Shown: piece by piece, positions 9,255 to 18,566 of the stretch
How positions within the stretch are numbered: position 1 is the first letter of the stretch
How the letters are laid out: every line of letters begins with the position of its first letter
Source: an uncultured Gammaproteobacteria bacterium
Lineage (GTDB): Bacteria > Patescibacteriota > Patescibacteriia > SG8-24
Direction: 5' to 3'
DNA length: 46,263 bases
NCBI GenBank assembly: GCA_964487195.1
Contig: CAZAPV010000001.1
Location: forward strand, 1 to 46,263
The notes under the pieces: model-generated
What the model saw: the letters and a program-made list of their open reading frames with translations, nothing else
What the model was told of the DNA's origin: nothing
Database searches by the model: none
Position numbers and translations under genes: made by a program

Positions 9255-10585
9255 AGCCGTTTCTTTAACGCCGCACGAAGTTTCGTCCGGTCGTCCCACG
9301 GAATTTTGCCGCCGTGCGCGACGCAGATCGCCTGCTCCGCGCCTTTGCCGGTCAGGAGCACGAGATCCCCGGGGCGCGCGAGCGCGACCGCTTTTGCGAT
9401 CGCCGCGCCGCGATCGAGGATCGCGAACAGGTCCACGCCGTCTTTTTTTCCGGCACGGCGCGCGCCCGCCGCGACCTGCTCGATGATCTCGGCCGGATCG
9501 TCATCATACGGATCTTCATTGGTGACGATGACGACGTCCGCACTGTTCGCCGCGAGGGCGCCGAGGATCGGCCGACGGTCGCGGTCGCGGCCGCCGCCCG
9601 CCGAACCGAGCACATGGATGACGCGCGCTTTCGGGATCATCGCCACCACATCATACAGCTTCCGGAACGATTCCGGCTCCGGCGCGTAGTCCACGATCGC
9701 GGTGAACGGCTGTCCCTCGTCGATGAACTCCAGCCGCCCTGGAGCGCCGCCGAACTTCCGAAGCGCCGCTGCCATCGTCGGAAGATCGATCCCTTGCGAT
9801 AGGCCAACGCTCACCGCCGCGAGCGCATTTTCCACGTTAAAAATCCCGGGCACCGAAAGCACGAACGGCACGCCGTGTACGGCGAACGCGCTGCCGTCCG
9901 GCCGCGTCGCGACGTCCGTCGCTTTCACGACGACGAGCGGCGAAACGTCGGGGATCGCGGCCCCGGGCGTTTTCTCGACGAGGAAGCCGTACTTCTTGTT
10001 CGCCGGAAAACCGAGGAAGTATGCGGCATCCGCGGAATCCAGATTCGCCACGCTCGTCTTCGGCACCGGTCCGCCGCGCAGACGTTTCACCGGATCGCGA
10101 CCGAGTTTGGCGAACAGCTCCCCTTTCGCGCGTTTGTACTGCTCGAATCCGCCATGGGATTCGAGATGTTCGGGCGTCAAGTTGGTGAACACCGCCACGT
10201 CGTAGTTGATCCCCGCGTGCCGGTGCTGCTTGATCCCTTCCGACGACGTTTCGATGACCGCGTATTCGCAGCCGGCGGCGGCCATCTGCGCGAGCATCTT
10301 CTGCAGCGCGAATCGGCCGAGCATCGTCATCTTCTTGTCGTTCAGCCGTTCCTCGCCGGCGATTTTGAACGTCACCGTGCTCGTCATTCCGACGCGGCGT
10401 CCGGCCTCTTCGAGCACGCGGGCGATCATCGCGCAGACGGTGGATTTTCCGTTCGTCCCGGTCACGCCGATGCCGATCATCTTCTCGGAAGGATGGCCGT
10501 AACGCGCCGCGGCGGCGAGCGCGAGCGTCCGATGGTACAGGTCCAGCACGAACGGCGGCGCCAATTTTTTGAGCCATGTTGGCAT
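9251..10585 (-). CDS. Mur ligase family protein, MurE-like, with a short N-terminus and non-canonical specificity motif
   Basis: P-loop GVTGTNGKST; NLTPEHLESHGGFEQYKRAK; C-terminal domain LGSAGGGRDRDRRP...VTNEDPYDDDP, where E. coli MurE has DNPR. Confidence 0.8.
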   Translation of the reverse strand: MPTWLKKLAPPFVLDLYHRTLALAAAARYGHPSEKMIGIGVTGTNGKSTVCAMIARVLEEAGRRVGMTSTVTFKIAGEERLNDKKMTMLGRFALQKMLAQMAAAGCEYAVIETSSEGIKQHRHAGINYDVAVFTNLTPEHLESHGGFEQYKRAKGELFAKLGRDPVKRLRGGPVPKTSVANLDSADAAYFLGFPANKKYGFLVEKTPGAAIPDVSPLVVVKATDVATRPDGSAFAVHGVPFVLSVPGIFNVENALAAVSVGLSQGIDLPTMAAALRKFGGAPGRLEFIDEGQPFTAIVDYAPEPESFRKLYDVVAMIPKARVIHVLGSAGGGRDRDRRPILGALAANSADVVIVTNEDPYDDDPAEIIEQVAAGARRAGKKDGVDLFAILDRGAAIAKAVALARPGDLVLLTGKGAEQAICVAHGGKIPWDDRTKLRAALKKRL

Positions 10586-10677
10586 GAAAATACGGTAACA
10601 CGCGGAAGATTACTTGAAAATCCCGAGGTCTGCTGTTACGGTCCATGAAGCTCTTTCCATCTCCAAGGAGACGACCG

Positions 10678-11547
10678 ATGGACAACCTGACTCCGGACGA
10701 TGAGTTTCCGCCGCGTCGACGGTTGTCGACGATTGCGCTCGCGCTGCTCACGATCGCGGGGCTGCTCATGCTGTTCGCCGCCGTGGTGCTGCTGCCGCTC
10801 GTGTTGCTCTCCGGCACACGAACGATGCCTGCGCTGCCGCCGGGCGCGCACCTCGAGAACGGCGTCGTGATCATGACGCCGCCGCTGCCGACCGATGCCG
10901 AACCGCCGATCCAAGCCGTCATCGGACAGACGACGATGATCCGCGTGCCGCAAAAAATCCCGACGAAACCGGCGCTCGGCACCGGATTCATTATCGCGGA
11001 CGGTTACGTGATGACCGCGGCGCACGTCGTCGTCTTCACCGAAAAAAAACGGGTCACCGTGCATTGCAACGATCGCTCCGTCGACGGCGAGGTGATCGAA
11101 ATGGATCCGATCCGCGACGTCGCGATCGTCCGCGCCGATTGTCACGGCGCCACGCTGACGTTCAACGTCGGACCGCTCGACGTCGACCAGCCGCTCGGCT
11201 TCGCGTCGTTCAATTTCGACAAGGATGAAGAAATGAATCTGATGACCGCGATCAGGACGTTCGGCCACAGTTCGCCGATTCCGACGACGATGATTCCGAA
11301 TCCGAAGAAGGTGGCTGACGCGGACGGCTTTCTCGACATCGAAGTCGAATCGATGCGTCAAGGCGCGATCCCGCCGTTCATCGTGATCGCTGGCGCGTGC
11401 GAACGCGGCAATTCCGGCTCGCCGGTGTTCGACATGGACGGTGCGGTCGTCGGCATGATGGTGATCACCGACCCCGGACGCAATCGCACGGATATCGTCC
11501 CTGCGGAGTCATTGCTCCATGCGATGGCGGAAGCGGGGCTGCGATGA
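10678..11547 (+). CDS. Membrane-anchored trypsin-like (S1) serine protease
   Basis: Triad context TAAHVV (His), DVAIVRAD (Asp), GNSGSPVF (Ser). AAGGAG at 10665-10670 lies 7 nt before ATG 10678. Confidence 0.8.
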   Translation: MDNLTPDDEFPPRRRLSTIALALLTIAGLLMLFAAVVLLPLVLLSGTRTMPALPPGAHLENGVVIMTPPLPTDAEPPIQAVIGQTTMIRVPQKIPTKPALGTGFIIADGYVMTAAHVVVFTEKKRVTVHCNDRSVDGEVIEMDPIRDVAIVRADCHGATLTFNVGPLDVDQPLGFASFNFDKDEEMNLMTAIRTFGHSSPIPTTMIPNPKKVADADGFLDIEVESMRQGAIPPFIVIAGACERGNSGSPVFDMDGAVVGMMVITDPGRNRTDIVPAESLLHAMAEAGLR

Positions 11548-12236
11548 AAAACGGCAAGGAATACCCCGAAAAACGGGGTGAGAACGTGATCGTTCTTTCC
11601 GAACGCCGGCCAAGCTTCCGCCGGGAGCAGGATTCCGTCGCAGGCCGCATCGCCACGTTCAAGCAGCGCTCGACGCTCGTGCGGCGCGCGATGCTTGCCG
11701 TCCCCGCGTGGGTGACGCCGAACGGGGTCACCGTCTTCCGGATGCTGCTCGTCGTGCCGATCGTCGCGCTGCTCCGTGCGGGGTCGTACTGGCAGGCGCT
11801 CGCGGTCGCCGCGCTCGCGATGTCGCTCGACTTCGTGGACGGCGCGCTCGCGACGGCGCGCGATCAGTCGACGCCGCTCGGGGCGTTCCTCGATCCGCTC
11901 GCGGACAAAGTACTCGTCTGCTGCTCGCTCCTCGCGCTCGCCGAAAAAATGCCGGCGCCGTTCATCCTGCTCGTCGCGGCGATCTGCGTCATCGCGGCGC
12001 TGCTCACGATGACGCGGCTCGTCAAAATGGCGAAAAATCGCGGCAGGATCGAAGAGCGATCGATCGCGGCGAAACCGTCCGGCAAACTGAAGCTGATCGC
12101 CGAAGCGGCGGGGCTGCTCCTCCTCATTCTCGGCCTCGCCGCGAACGTCGTCTGGATCCAAATCGCCGGCGGCGTCGCGCTGGTGTTCGCCGTGCAGTTC
12201 GCCGTCATGTCGCTGTTCGACCAGCTGTTCGGCTAA
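11544..12236 (+). CDS. CDP-alcohol phosphatidyltransferase (PgsA-like)
   Basis: Motif DFVDGALATARDQSTPLGAFLDPLADKV; multiple TMs. ATG overlaps the protease stop (ATGA at 11544-11547). Confidence 0.8.
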   Translation: MKNGKEYPEKRGENVIVLSERRPSFRREQDSVAGRIATFKQRSTLVRRAMLAVPAWVTPNGVTVFRMLLVVPIVALLRAGSYWQALAVAALAMSLDFVDGALATARDQSTPLGAFLDPLADKVLVCCSLLALAEKMPAPFILLVAAICVIAALLTMTRLVKMAKNRGRIEERSIAAKPSGKLKLIAEAAGLLLLILGLAANVVWIQIAGGVALVFAVQFAVMSLFDQLFG

Positions 12237-12239
12237 CGC

Positions 12240-12269
12240 AAAACTCGCCCCTCTTCGGGCGAGTTTTTT
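12240..12269. terminator. Bidirectional Rho-independent terminator
   Basis: AAAA-CTCGCCC, loop CTCTTC, GGGCGAG-TTTTTT, between convergent genes ending at 12236 and 12272. Confidence 0.8.
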
Positions 12270-12271
12270 CT

Positions 12272-12655
12272 TTACTCTTCGTCTTCTTCGCGCGCCATCT
12301 CGACGACGCGCGGATTGAGAAACGATTCCACCGCGGTCATCAGTCCCGGCAGCGCGGTCCGGAACGACTCCAGCCGCGTGGCGGCGCGGTGCCGTTCTGC
12401 TTCAAGGATCGCCATGATCTTCTCCGGAGAAGACGCGGCGAAGCGCGTGCGTTTCCCCTCTTTGGTCGTCGTCATCAGTCCGCGTTCGGCGAGCGCTTCC
12501 AGCATCACGTAGGTGGTCGGCCGCTTCACGCCGGCGCGCTCCGCGATCTTCTGCACCGCGGCCGGGCCGAGTTCGAGCGCCGCCAAATACACCTTCGATT
12601 CTTTTTCCGAAAGCCCGATCTCTTTGAGCTGGTCGTGGTAATTGAAGAGAGACAT
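12272..12655 (-). CDS. TrmB-family HTH transcriptional regulator (short, N-terminal domain only)
   Basis: LKEIGLSEKESKVYLAALELGPAAVQKIAERAGVKRPTTYVMLEALAERGL is a typical TrmB wHTH. Confidence 0.75.
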   Translation of the reverse strand: MSLFNYHDQLKEIGLSEKESKVYLAALELGPAAVQKIAERAGVKRPTTYVMLEALAERGLMTTTKEGKRTRFAASSPEKIMAILEAERHRAATRLESFRTALPGLMTAVESFLNPRVVEMAREEDEE

Positions 12656-12656
12656 A

Positions 12657-13226
12657 TTACGAGCTGCGGCCGGCGATCAGCGCGCGGGCGAGATCCGCGA
12701 TGCGCGCGTCGTCGATGACGACGGCGATCGGCGAATTGCCGGCGGCCCAGAGCGCGACGCGCGAGCCGCGCACGGCGATGTCGGCTGCGGCTTTCCGCTC
12801 GCGGCCGTTCGCGGCGACCATCGCGCCCTCGCCATCCATATCCTGTCCGAGAATCGTCGCGGGGTCAACCCCCTCGTATACCCGCACCGCGGCTTTCGCG
12901 GTCCGGCTGGCTTCGCGGATCTCGCCGAGCGCCGCTTTCACCGCGCTCTCTTTTTTGGAAATGTCCTCGCGTTCATGCGCGAGCACGGCGAGCAGCTGCT
13001 CCGGCGGCGCGGCGGTGAAGTGGCGCTTCTTCCCTTTTTCGAACGCGCTGATCAGGCCGCGCTTCATCAGCGACTCGATCATGATGTAGGTGGTCGGCCG
13101 GTTCACCGTCGCCTTCGCGGCGATCAGCTGCGCGGTCGACGGGCCGAGCGCCAAGCCGGCCAAATACACGCGCGCTTCTTTTTCAGAGAGGCCGATCGCC
13201 TGCAAGGTGTGTTCGAGAGACGCCAT
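12657..13226 (-). CDS. TrmB-family HTH transcriptional regulator (paralog with a C-terminal extension)
   Basis: LQAIGLSEKEARVYLAGLALGPSTAQLIAAKATVNRPTTYIMIESLMKRGL. Start could be 13247 or 13226. Stop lies 1 nt before the next TrmB start. Confidence 0.75.
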   Translation of the reverse strand: MASLEHTLQAIGLSEKEARVYLAGLALGPSTAQLIAAKATVNRPTTYIMIESLMKRGLISAFEKGKKRHFTAAPPEQLLAVLAHEREDISKKESAVKAALGEIREASRTAKAAVRVYEGVDPATILGQDMDGEGAMVAANGRERKAAADIAVRGSRVALWAAGNSPIAVVIDDARIADLARALIAGRSS

Positions 13227-13279
13227 AAATCGCCGCAACCGTACCATCTCCGCAAATTTCTGTCAAAGATTGATGACAG

Positions 13280-14416
13280 TCATCTCTTGGCCAATTTTTC
13301 TATCGTCTCCCATGTCATTTTTGCGGTACGTTCCCAGGAATACACGCGGACGCGCGCGAGGCCGCGCTCGGCGTATATGGCGCGCAGCGCGGGGTCGGCG
13401 GCGAACCGTTCCATCGCGATGGCGAACGCGCCGGAGTCGGCGGGATCGATCAGTACGGCCGCATCGGCGGCAACTTCGGGGATCGAACCGGCGTTCGAAG
13501 CGATCACCGGCGCGCCGCAGGCGAACGCTTCGAGGATCGGGAGGCCGAATCCTTCATACCAGGACGGAAAGACGAACGCGGTCGCGCCGGCATACAGATG
13601 ACGGATGGCTGCGGAGTCGACGTAGCCGAGTTCGATCACGGATCGCTGGAGCGGCGTTCCCTCGACGGCGGCGAGCGCCGCATCCCCGCCGACGCCGCGC
13701 TTGCCGACGAGTACGAGCGTCGTCGGATCGTTCGACGGACGGCGTTCCTTGAACGTCCTGAACGCGGCGAACAGCCCGTCCAGATTTTTTTTCATCTCCA
13801 GCCGTCCGACGAACAGGAAATACGGCCGCGTCACGCCGTACCGCGCGAGCTGCGGCGCGATCTCCTCCGAATCCGACGGACGGAACCGCTCATGGTCCAC
13901 GGCGAGCGGGGTGACGAAAATCTTGTTCGCATCCGCGGAAAAATATTTCACGATCTCCCGTTTCGAAAAGTCGGAGACAGTGAGAATCGCGGTCGCGAAC
14001 CGCGCTGCGAACCATGCGGAGAAGCGGAGATACCACCTGCCGGCGGCGGTGCGATACGCGCGCGGCACCGCGATGAATCCGACGTCATGCACCGTCGTCA
14101 CCGACCGCTTCGGCAGGATGATCGGCAAGACGTGCACCGGCACGAACAGCAGGTCCGGCGGACGGCGCAGCATCTCCCACGACAGCCGCAGCTGCGTCCA
14201 CAGATACCGCGGCCGCCAACGGAGTACGCGGCTCTCCCAGCTCGGCGGCAGCTGCTCCATGCCGCCTCGGAGCGGCTCGCGCGAATACAGCACGACCCGG
14301 TACGAAGCCGGGATGATCGTTTTGAGCCGCTGGATGACTTCGAACGCGTACCACTCGACGCCGGTTTTCCGCGCCACGTTGGCGCGCGACGCGTCGATCC
14401 CGATCGTGATTGACAT
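13280..14416 (-). CDS. Family 4 (GT-B) glycosyltransferase
   Basis: N-terminus MSITIGIDASR and C-terminal signature FVFPSWYEGFGLPILEAFACGAPVIASN. The track ORF extends to 14443. Confidence 0.85.
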   Translation of the reverse strand: MSITIGIDASRANVARKTGVEWYAFEVIQRLKTIIPASYRVVLYSREPLRGGMEQLPPSWESRVLRWRPRYLWTQLRLSWEMLRRPPDLLFVPVHVLPIILPKRSVTTVHDVGFIAVPRAYRTAAGRWYLRFSAWFAARFATAILTVSDFSKREIVKYFSADANKIFVTPLAVDHERFRPSDSEEIAPQLARYGVTRPYFLFVGRLEMKKNLDGLFAAFRTFKERRPSNDPTTLVLVGKRGVGGDAALAAVEGTPLQRSVIELGYVDSAAIRHLYAGATAFVFPSWYEGFGLPILEAFACGAPVIASNAGSIPEVAADAAVLIDPADSGAFAIAMERFAADPALRAIYAERGLARVRVYSWERTAKMTWETIEKLAKR

Positions 14417-14468
14417 AGGCAACGATGAGTGTACCATGCGCATCAGCTCATTTCACACGGAGGAAAAA

Positions 14469-15515
14469 ATGAACGAAACGCTCAAGGACAAAATTCGCGG
14501 CTGCTTTCTCGGCGTCGCGATCGGCGACGCGCTCGGCGCGCCGGTCGAAACGATGACGCATTATCAGATCCTGAAAGCGACGAACCACGCGGAGATCACT
14601 GGCTACGCCCCGCAGATGCAGACGAAAATCAAGGGGACCAGGAAACTGGAACCAGGATCGACGACCGACGACACGCAGCTCACGCTCGCGGTTGCGCGAT
14701 CGCTCATCCGTTGCGGCGGCTTCAATGCGTACGATCAAGCGCGCGAGCTCGTCGCCGAGTTCGACCGCACCACGTTCGGCTGGGGCAAGTCCACGACGGC
14801 TGGCGCGCAGGAACTCAAGAAATGGTTCAAAACGAACGGCGCGAAAGGACGGCGTCCCGACATGGACGCGCCTCCGAGGATGCGCGGACCCGGCACAGGA
14901 GGCGGCAACGGCGTCGCCATGAAAATCGCGCCGCTCGCGCTCGCCTCCCTGCAGTTCGGCGAAACCGGCCCGGGCTATAACTCATTCGACCATCAGGTCA
15001 TGAGGCTCGGCTTCCAGACCCATGGGGATCTGCGCTCGAGTTTCGCCGCCCTCGCAGTCGGTCACGCCATCAATCTGTTCGGATGCGACGAGCTTCGCCT
15101 GCTCGGCAGCAACGATGTTCTTCTGCGATTCGTCTTTCATGCCGAAAGACATTATGCCGAATACGCATGCGGCGATCCCGCGTTCAGCGCCCGACTCGTT
15201 CTCGCGCTCAATGGACTGAAATACGCCGAGTTCTTACGCAAAACGGTCGGCCCGGGATTTTCCGCGCTCGAATCCGTCCCGTTCTCCATCGCGACCGCGC
15301 TCCGATATCCGGATGATTTCCGAAGCGGCGTGCTCGAAGCGGTGAACGCCGGCGGCGACGCGGACACCAACGCGAGCATGGTCGGCGCGATGATCGGCGT
15401 CCGCGTCGGCATCGCCGGCATCCCCAAGGAATGGATCGACGGCCTTCGCGCAAAGAGCAAAGTCCTCCGCGTCGCGGATCGATTCGCCGAATGCTTCTTC
15501 GGCAAATCTTCATAA
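14469..15515 (+). CDS. ADP-ribosylglycohydrolase family protein (DraG/ARH-like)
   Basis: GCFLGVAIGDALGAPVE near the N-terminus; STTDDTQLTLAV; C-terminal NAGGDADTNASMVGAMIG. GGAGGA at 14459-14464 precedes ATG 14469. The 5' part of track ORF 13701.. is antisense to GT4. Confidence 0.85.
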   Translation: MNETLKDKIRGCFLGVAIGDALGAPVETMTHYQILKATNHAEITGYAPQMQTKIKGTRKLEPGSTTDDTQLTLAVARSLIRCGGFNAYDQARELVAEFDRTTFGWGKSTTAGAQELKKWFKTNGAKGRRPDMDAPPRMRGPGTGGGNGVAMKIAPLALASLQFGETGPGYNSFDHQVMRLGFQTHGDLRSSFAALAVGHAINLFGCDELRLLGSNDVLLRFVFHAERHYAEYACGDPAFSARLVLALNGLKYAEFLRKTVGPGFSALESVPFSIATALRYPDDFRSGVLEAVNAGGDADTNASMVGAMIGVRVGIAGIPKEWIDGLRAKSKVLRVADRFAECFFGKSS

Positions 15516-15516
15516 C

Positions 15517-15552
15517 AAAAATCCCCTCAGCTTCAGCGAAGGGGATTTTTTC
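15517..15552. terminator. Bidirectional Rho-independent terminator
   Basis: AAAA-ATCCCCT, 12-nt loop, AGGGGAT-TTTTTT, between the ARH stop (15515) and the mreB stop (15555). Confidence 0.75.
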
Positions 15553-15554
15553 TT

Positions 15555-16562
15555 TTACTTCGTCGTCAGGATCGAGCGTTTGAACGACGCGAGATTTTCG
15601 AGCGCGATCCCCGTCCCTTTGACCACGCACAGCTGCGGATCGTCCGCGACGAACGCGGGGACGCCGGTCGCCTGCGCGAACAGCTCGGCGAGATTGCGCA
15701 GCTGGGACGAGCCGCCGGAGAGGATCATTCCCTTCTCCATCACGTCCGCGGAGAGCTCCGGCGGCGTGACGTTCAGCACCTCTTTGACGGCGTTGATCAG
15801 GCCGTCCAGTTCGTGATGGATCGCCTCGGTGACGTCGTCCGAGGTGATCGTGACGATGCGCGGAAGGCCGGTCACCATGTCGCGGCCTTTCATGTCCATC
15901 GAGAGCTTGTCTTTCATGTACATCGCGGAGCCGATCTGGATCTTGATCTCTTCCGCGGTGCGCTCCCCGACCGCGAGGCCGTACTTGCGGCGGATGAATT
16001 CCTGGATCGCCGCGTCGAACTTGTTGCCGCCGATGCGCACCGACGCGGAGGAGACGATCCCGCCGAGCGAGATCACCGCGGCCTCCATCGTGCCGCCGCC
16101 GATGTCGATGATCATGTGGCCGGACGGGCTGCCGATCGGGATGTCCGCGCCGATCGCCGCGACGATCGGTTCCTTGATGACGTACGCCGCGCGCGCGCCG
16201 GCGCGGATCGTGGCGTCCACCACCGCGCGCCGCTCGGTCGAGGTGATCCCGCCCGGCACCGCGACCATCACCTCCGGACGGAACAGCCGCGCGCCGCCGA
16301 GCGCCTTGTTGATGAAGTAGCGGAGCATCGCTTCGGTCATCCGGTAGTTGGCGATAACGCCGTCCTTGAGCGGACGGTGCGCGATGATCGTGTCCGGCGT
16401 GCGGCCGAGCATGTCCTTCGCCTCCTTGCCGACCGCCAGGATTTTTTTGTCGATCGAAGAAACGGCAACGACCGAGGGTTCATTCAAGATGACCCCCCGC
16501 TTCGGAACGTAGACCAGCACCGTGGTGGTGCCGAGATCGATGCCGATTTTCTTGATGAACAT
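15555..16562 (-). CDS. mreB: Rod-shape determining actin homolog MreB
   Basis: IGIDLGTTTVLVY..., DIGGGTMEAAVISLGGIV, GMILSGGSSQLRNL; 335 aa. Confidence 0.95.
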   Translation of the reverse strand: MFIKKIGIDLGTTTVLVYVPKRGVILNEPSVVAVSSIDKKILAVGKEAKDMLGRTPDTIIAHRPLKDGVIANYRMTEAMLRYFINKALGGARLFRPEVMVAVPGGITSTERRAVVDATIRAGARAAYVIKEPIVAAIGADIPIGSPSGHMIIDIGGGTMEAAVISLGGIVSSASVRIGGNKFDAAIQEFIRRKYGLAVGERTAEEIKIQIGSAMYMKDKLSMDMKGRDMVTGLPRIVTITSDDVTEAIHHELDGLINAVKEVLNVTPPELSADVMEKGMILSGGSSQLRNLAELFAQATGVPAFVADDPQLCVVKGTGIALENLASFKRSILTTK

Positions 16563-16564
16563 TT

Positions 16565-18550
16565 TTAGAAGCTGACGTCAAAATGCCTGTTCGCGCGCAG
16601 GTCGGTGACGACGCGATAGCGCGTATCGCCCCACTGCGAGGAGTCCTCGGCAGGAGAGGCGTTCGTGAGCTTCTTACCAAATTCCAGATCGAGCGTCAAC
16701 GGATGGCCGGCGGTTCCCGCCTGTTTGTCGACGTCGAGCGCGTAGACGCCTTCCGAAATCTTTTGGACGACCGACGACGCCAGGCGGAAACGGAACTGCA
16801 GCGTCTTCGTCTCGCCGGGCTCGATCGAGATGAACGCGCCGAACACCGCGCGGCCGAGCTCTTCGCCGACGTCGACATGGCCTGCGCGGCCGGCCGGATC
16901 GTGCAGCTTGTCGTTTACCATCGCGCCGTCCGCGCCGAGGAGCGTCGTCCCCGCGGGGAGATAGACGCGCGTGTAGGTGCGATAGCGCGTCGTCTTCCAG
17001 GTGAACGTGCCATGGTTCTCGTACGTGATCGCGACCGAACCGACGAAGCCGTCCGGCGACGGGGCGATGGCGTAGCGGATCGATCGGCTGACGACGGCGT
17101 CGCTCTTCAGGCTGGCGAGGTTGGCATCCACAACCGCGACGTAATCGTCGTCCACCGGCCGGAGCGCGCCGCCCCAGCCGCGCGCCAGGATCATCGCTTC
17201 GAGCTGCGGCTCGTTCATCGAGAGCAGCATCTGCTTCTCGTCGAGATCGCGCCCGGCGGTCGCGGCGACCGCGAGCAGCTGCGGAAGCGACATTGTCGAA
17301 AGACGGTTGATCACTTCCTTCGCGAGATCGCCGACGATCCCTTTGCGCTGCGATGCCGGTACCCCCTGCGTCCTGAACGCCCGCTCCACCTGGAACTCCA
17401 GCGCGTCGACGAGGTTGTCCGCGTCGAATGTTTCGCCGTCCACGGTGACGGGACCGGTGGCGCGCAGGATGTCCGCCGCGAACGATGGCGTGAACGCGAG
17501 GACGCCGTCGATGTCGGTGATCGCGGACGATCCATACGCCGCAGTCGCCTCTTCTTTGTAAAATTGCGTCATCACGCTCGACGCGACGGTAAAATCCGGC
17601 GACCAGTTGGCGTCGCGCAGGAACCAGCGGTCGACCCCGAGATACGCGCGAAGCGGGGCCGGCGGCGCGGGGCGCGGCGTCTTCTCCGATGGCCCGTCGA
17701 GCGCATAGACGTCGTTGGTGCGGAGCGACGCGAGCTGGCCGTCCTTCACGGTGACGAGGCCGTACAGCCCCAAAAAGCCGCCGGTCGGGCGCAGCTCGGT
17801 GTTGTTCTCGAAGAAGACGAGGTAGTGCCTCTCCGTCGGATAGCCGAGCGCTGCCGGCGCGAGTTCCGCGAGCGGGAGCGCGGCGCCGAGTTGCTGCCGG
17901 AACGTGATCAGTTTTTCGCGTTCGCCTGCGAGTACGGGACCGAGCGTCGCGGCGACGCCGGTGTCGGGCACTTCATCGAGCGCGGCGAGCGCGGCATCGA
18001 GCTGCGTCATGGCGTCGCGGAGCGCCGGGGCGTCGGATGCGAGCGCGGCGAGAATGCCGCGCGTCTGTTCGTGGGTGATCGTTTCAAAACGGACCGTGCC
18101 GGACGGGAGCGCGGCGAGAACGTCACGGGCGGCGCCGAGCACGTCGCGCGCGGCCGCGGCGCTCGCGCGTCCGGAAACCAATATCCGATCCGCGGCGATG
18201 ATCCCCGTTCCGACGCCCGGCAGCATGCGGAGCGGCGCGAGTTTGGCGAGATCTCGCTGCGCGGCGGCGAAATCCGCGTCCGCGGCGGCGGTCCGTTCGA
18301 GCGCAGTCGGAATGTCGAGCGCGTGGGCGGCGGTTTCGGCGGCGGCGAGCGCGTCCTTGCCGGCGTTCGCGCGCGCGTACACGCTCGCGCCGAGGTACCA
18401 GAACGGCGCGACCACCGCCGCGGCGGCGAGCAGAACGACGAGCAACGCGGTCACGGCCGTCGCGGCCGCGCTCCGTCCGCTGTCGTGTTTCGCGGATCCG
18501 TGCAGCCGCCTCGCGGAAAGCAAATTGTGATGCCGTTTCTTAAAAAACAT
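16565..18550 (-). CDS. DUF4012 domain membrane protein
   Basis: N-terminal TM plus the hallmark FFENNTELRPTGGFLGLYGLVTVKDGQL. Stop lies 2 nt upstream of the mreB start. Confidence 0.75.
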   Translation of the reverse strand: MFFKKRHHNLLSARRLHGSAKHDSGRSAAATAVTALLVVLLAAAAVVAPFWYLGASVYARANAGKDALAAAETAAHALDIPTALERTAAADADFAAAQRDLAKLAPLRMLPGVGTGIIAADRILVSGRASAAAARDVLGAARDVLAALPSGTVRFETITHEQTRGILAALASDAPALRDAMTQLDAALAALDEVPDTGVAATLGPVLAGEREKLITFRQQLGAALPLAELAPAALGYPTERHYLVFFENNTELRPTGGFLGLYGLVTVKDGQLASLRTNDVYALDGPSEKTPRPAPPAPLRAYLGVDRWFLRDANWSPDFTVASSVMTQFYKEEATAAYGSSAITDIDGVLAFTPSFAADILRATGPVTVDGETFDADNLVDALEFQVERAFRTQGVPASQRKGIVGDLAKEVINRLSTMSLPQLLAVAATAGRDLDEKQMLLSMNEPQLEAMILARGWGGALRPVDDDYVAVVDANLASLKSDAVVSRSIRYAIAPSPDGFVGSVAITYENHGTFTWKTTRYRTYTRVYLPAGTTLLGADGAMVNDKLHDPAGRAGHVDVGEELGRAVFGAFISIEPGETKTLQFRFRLASSVVQKISEGVYALDVDKQAGTAGHPLTLDLEFGKKLTNASPAEDSSQWGDTRYRVVTDLRANRHFDVSF

Positions 18551-18566
18551 CGACGTATATTCTTTG

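Noticed and set aside
13701-14468. 5' extension of the ADP-ribosylglycohydrolase ORF (604-aa track ORF)
   Set aside because: The extension is antisense to the GT4 gene. The ARH homology, a GGAGGA SD and a typical N-terminus all begin at ATG 14469.
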